DNA of 18,531 nucleotides. Source: Candidatus Hodarchaeota archaeon. Its GTDB lineage: Archaea; Asgardarchaeota; Heimdallarchaeia; Hodarchaeales; Hodarchaeaceae. The DNA is taken from assembly GCA_016839785.1 (NCBI GenBank), contig JAEOTQ010000036.1:1-18531 (forward strand), in the 5' to 3' direction. Below the pieces are notes generated by a model. The model was given only the letters and a program-made list of their open reading frames with translations, was not told the DNA's origin and searched no databases. The first letter of the stretch is position 1; each line of letters starts with the position of its first letter. Below are positions 15,501 to 18,531 of the stretch, one piece after another. The position numbers and the translations under genes were made by a program.

Positions 15501-17150
15501 TTAAGTTAAAAAATTGTCAGGATTCTTTAGCGTGTACCATCCATAAGTAACCTTGCAAATATCCTTTTCTACGAGTTCTCTGAGAACTTGTTTGATCTGG
15601 TCTTTTGAAAGTTTAACTTCCGATGTTAAGAGATTTGATTGTGCTTTATACTGAGGCCGCAGCAATAACGCTTGAATGACCTGGATCTCTGAATCCGACA
15701 ACTTAAATCCCTTCGGGATGTTTAAATCAGGCGTTGATTGAATCGAGCTCTCTGAGGCTAGACTTCCTCTTTTTTGCTCCAAGATGTGTTTATCTTTTAA
15801 AATGTACCATCCATAAGATACCCTAAGGATTCCCTTGTCCACTAAATTTCTTAAGACTTCTTTTAAAATGCTTTGTTTCAAACCTGTTGGACGGGTTAAT
15901 AAGTTTGATTGAGCTTTTAGGTTTGGCCTTGACTTAATTGCTTTTATAGTAGCTATTTCTTCCGAAGTCAAACCCTCACCAGTCCGAGAGATTCTTGGAG
16001 ATTTTTTCTTTTTCTTCTTTCGATTTGAATCAGAAAAAGTCTTTTTAAAGAAAGGTAAATGACTCTTCTTTATGATAAACCAGCCGACTTGAGTTCTAAG
16101 AAGTCCCTTAGAAATTAAATTACGTAAATGTTTTTCTGCCTCTTCTATTGCAATATCTAAATCTTTAGCTAAAATTTCAGGTTTTGTTCGATGTTTGATT
16201 CGAGCAAAGGTGCGATCTAGTATTTCCATTTCAATTTCTGTTGGAAGATCTTCTTCCCAGTTGTCTTTTCTGAATAAACCTGTTGTTTGTTTTAAATATG
16301 GGGCGACATCGTTCGAGTACGATTTGTCTGGAGGTTCCATCCTAAAAAGATCAGAATCAGGATCTTTATTATTCTCTGGTACAGATCTTGCATCACTAGA
16401 GGGAGGTTTTTTGAACAAACTTTCCTCATCATAATCATCTGTCGCATTTTCATTCGAGGTACTGCTTCGTGGTATAATTTGCTCCTCACTCAATCGTGTT
16501 TTCACTGAAAGTTCCGAAGAGTTGGGATTTTCACTTGCTTTTTTTGCACTAAAACCTATTTCTGGACTAGGTTTTCCATTAATTGGTTCAGAAGATGGTT
16601 TAGATTTTACTGCAGACATTACTGGAGATATTGTAGGTTTTATCTGTTTAGTTGATAATTTTGAACTACTAGATAATTGTGATGGCCTTTTAAGTTTCGG
16701 TTCTTCCTTTTTTACCGATTCTGAGCCAAAAATCAGGGTTTTTTGTGTCTTTTCGAGCGTGACTTCAGCCACATTGAATAATGACTGGATTTTTTCTGCA
16801 AAAGAATCGAAAGAGGCCCCTATGCCTGCTACTTCGCATGTAATACCTTCGTCTGATTCTGTTTTTAGTAGATATTTCGAGCGTATTTTCTGAACATTTA
16901 ACTTATTCAGACTAAAAAATTCCCGAATTTCACGATTCATGACACTCGATTCATCACCATGAATTTCAAGAACGTACTGTTGTTGTTTTGGTTCAGAACG
17001 TGTTTCTTCAATATAAAATATAATCGAAGGAAAATCTGGAATTCGTGGAGTAGCATGAACACTATTATCAATAAATTCAATTTCACGAAATCTACCACGT
17101 GCCTTTAGAAAGTTCACAAAATCATTTAAAACAGCGTTTTGTCTGAACAT
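15501..17150 (-). CDS. Uncharacterised protein: globular N-terminal domain, S/P/K-rich disordered linker and three tandem winged-helix-like repeats
   Basis: 549-aa ORF; repeats at aa 302-361, 394-452 and 484-542, each ending LRxLxxKG/D...GW(Y/F)xxK. Confidence 0.85.
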   Translation of the reverse strand: MFRQNAVLNDFVNFLKARGRFREIEFIDNSVHATPRIPDFPSIIFYIEETRSEPKQQQYVLEIHGDESSVMNREIREFFSLNKLNVQKIRSKYLLKTESDEGITCEVAGIGASFDSFAEKIQSLFNVAEVTLEKTQKTLIFGSESVKKEEPKLKRPSQLSSSSKLSTKQIKPTISPVMSAVKSKPSSEPINGKPSPEIGFSAKKASENPNSSELSVKTRLSEEQIIPRSSTSNENATDDYDEESLFKKPPSSDARSVPENNKDPDSDLFRMEPPDKSYSNDVAPYLKQTTGLFRKDNWEEDLPTEIEMEILDRTFARIKHRTKPEILAKDLDIAIEEAEKHLRNLISKGLLRTQVGWFIIKKSHLPFFKKTFSDSNRKKKKKKSPRISRTGEGLTSEEIATIKAIKSRPNLKAQSNLLTRPTGLKQSILKEVLRNLVDKGILRVSYGWYILKDKHILEQKRGSLASESSIQSTPDLNIPKGFKLSDSEIQVIQALLLRPQYKAQSNLLTSEVKLSKDQIKQVLRELVEKDICKVTYGWYTLKNPDNFLT

Positions 17151-17319
17151 TTTTATTTATTTCCTTTTATATATCAAGATTAACCCCAAGATTAAAAGAG
17201 TAAAATTTTAATGCCGTTAGAAGCTAAATTAACTCATAGTGAAAAACTTTTCTTTATTTCCTTAATGAAGAGATGATTTTCTGGTTTCAGAAATTCTAAT
17301 AGAAAGCAACATTTGATCA

Positions 17320-17760
17320 TTACTTCACTTTATTGGATTGTTCATCTTTAAAAAGATGTTTTAAGGAGCTAGGGATGGTAAAAGTTGAATTTTCTAATTC
17401 TTGAAGGTTGATTTGAGTATTATCTCTTGAAATATTCTCCCATAGCCTATTATATTCCATTACAGAAATTCCGAGGGGAGGAGACAGAGAGCTTTTTACG
17501 TTCGTGATTTCATATTCAGCAACGGTCAGAGAGACTGCTTCTTCCTTTACCTCTGTTTTTTTCGAATGGTGGTCCGTGAGCTCTATCAAACCAAATCGTT
17601 GTAATTCTGCAAAGAACGCAATAATTGTTTGAATATCAAAGGATTTCATTTTTTTTGCTATCTGAGGAATTGAGAGATCATTATCAACAAGATGTTTCAT
17701 GATTTCCCTTGTTATTGGTCTTTCTAACAATTTTTCAGCTGTAGAATCAATTTTTGACAT
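17320..17760 (-). CDS. Winged-helix-turn-helix protein (ArsR-like N-terminus), putative transcription regulator
   Basis: PITREIMKHLVDNDLSIPQIAKKM...FAELQRFGLIEL follows the wHTH pattern. Confidence 0.65.
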   Translation of the reverse strand: MSKIDSTAEKLLERPITREIMKHLVDNDLSIPQIAKKMKSFDIQTIIAFFAELQRFGLIELTDHHSKKTEVKEEAVSLTVAEYEITNVKSSLSPPLGISVMEYNRLWENISRDNTQINLQELENSTFTIPSSLKHLFKDEQSNKVK

Positions 17761-17783
17761 TTAAAAAACTGTATTCTTGCTTT

Positions 17784-17791
17784 TTTATAAA
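17784..17791 (-). promoter_or_regulatory. TATA box (TTTATAAA) 24-31 nt upstream of ATG 17760; probably a leaderless transcript
   Basis: Minus strand GGTAAAAAA-TTTATAAA; no SD motif before the ATG. Confidence 0.45.
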
Positions 17792-18007
17792 TTTTTTACC
17801 CCGATAAGCCCTTATTTCAATGACAAGGTATCAATACCTATTATATTATGATTTGAACAGTCAAATCGTTGGAACTAGTTCGCAATTATATAAAATTTTT
17901 CTTTCCTTCATAAAAATGTTAATAACTCGCCATTGAATCACTCCCTTGACCAATTAATCAACCGAATAATATTATTTAATTTAAAATAGTCGTCAAAGGC
18001 GGATTAA

Positions 18008-18531
18008 ATGACATCTGTTCAAGATATAGTTGTTGAATGTAAAAATTTAAGGAAATCTTACATCTTAGGAGAAGTAAGGGTTGATGCCCTTCGAGGGATT
18101 AATATGAAAATCAGCAGGGGAGAGATGGTTTCGATAATGGGTCCTAGCGGATGTGGTAAGACAACCCTTCTCAATATTGTCGGTTCATTGGATAACCCGT
18201 CCTCTGGACAAGTATTGCTTGAAGGAAGCGATATATCTCGAGCAAGCGAACAACAGCTTACAGAAATAAGGCGAAAAAGTGTAGGTTTCATCTTTCAATT
18301 CTATAATCTTCTTCCAGTTCTAACTGCTTTAGAGAATGTCGAGCTACCGATGTTGATAGCAGGAATATCTAAAGATAAGCGTGTTAAAAGAGCAACAGAA
18401 TTACTAGAGAAAGTAGATCTTTTGAGACGAAAAGACCATAAACCAGATGAGTTAAGTGGAGGAGAACGTCAGAGAGTTGCCATTGCACGATCCCTTGCAA
18501 ATAAACCCACAATATTATTAGCTGATGAACC
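18008..18531 (+). CDS. ABC transporter ATP-binding protein, LolD/MacB-like (3'-truncated; absent from the ORF track)
   Basis: Hand translation MTSVQDIVVECKNLRKSY...GPSGCGKTT (Walker A)...GFIFQFYNL...LSGGERQRVAIAR (signature)...ILLADEP (Walker B). Confidence 0.96.
   Translation, partial: MTSVQDIVVECKNLRKSYILGEVRVDALRGINMKISRGEMVSIMGPSGCGKTTLLNIVGSLDNPSSGQVLLEGSDISRASEQQLTEIRRKSVGFIFQFYNLLPVLTALENVELPMLIAGISKDKRVKRATELLEKVDLLRRKDHKPDELSGGERQRVAIARSLANKPTILLADE

Noticed and set aside
12586-18291. ORFs 12586..12825, 16195..16434, 16292..16489, 16522..16893 and 18058..18291
   Set aside because: Shadow frames of the SPOUT, triple-wH and ABC ATPase genes.
1-18531. CRISPR arrays, IS elements, integrases, defence systems, rRNA
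   Set aside because: No regularly spaced repeats, transposase/integrase motifs or rRNA-like sequence seen.

Overview
AT-rich archaeal core-genome window, most likely from an Asgard archaeon (possibly Heimdallarchaeia). This placement is an inference from eukaryote-like motifs in Sec61beta and Cbf5, not a database result. The window holds rearranged pieces of the ribosomal superoperon: rpl14e-cbf5 (+), an opposite-strand tRNA-Ser(GGA)-rps13-rps4-rps11 block without rpoD, and rpl3-rpl4-rpl23-rpl2 without rps19. It also carries PINA, a tRNA-splicing endonuclease subunit missing two of three catalytic residues, an orphan atpD directly behind tRNA-Leu(CAA), a SPOUT methyltransferase, a CBS protein, a 58-aa Sec61beta missed by the ORF track, an archaeosortase and a truncated ABC ATPase. 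Both tRNAs have introns with degenerate BHB motifs. Two uncharacterised proteins stand out. One is a 558-aa membrane protein made of about five tandem 2-TM repeats, with a cytoplasmic helical hairpin, polyproline tract and amphipathic C-terminal helix (candidate membrane anchor for actin or ESCRT machinery). The other is a 549-aa protein with three tandem winged-helix repeats. No mobile element or CRISPR array was seen.
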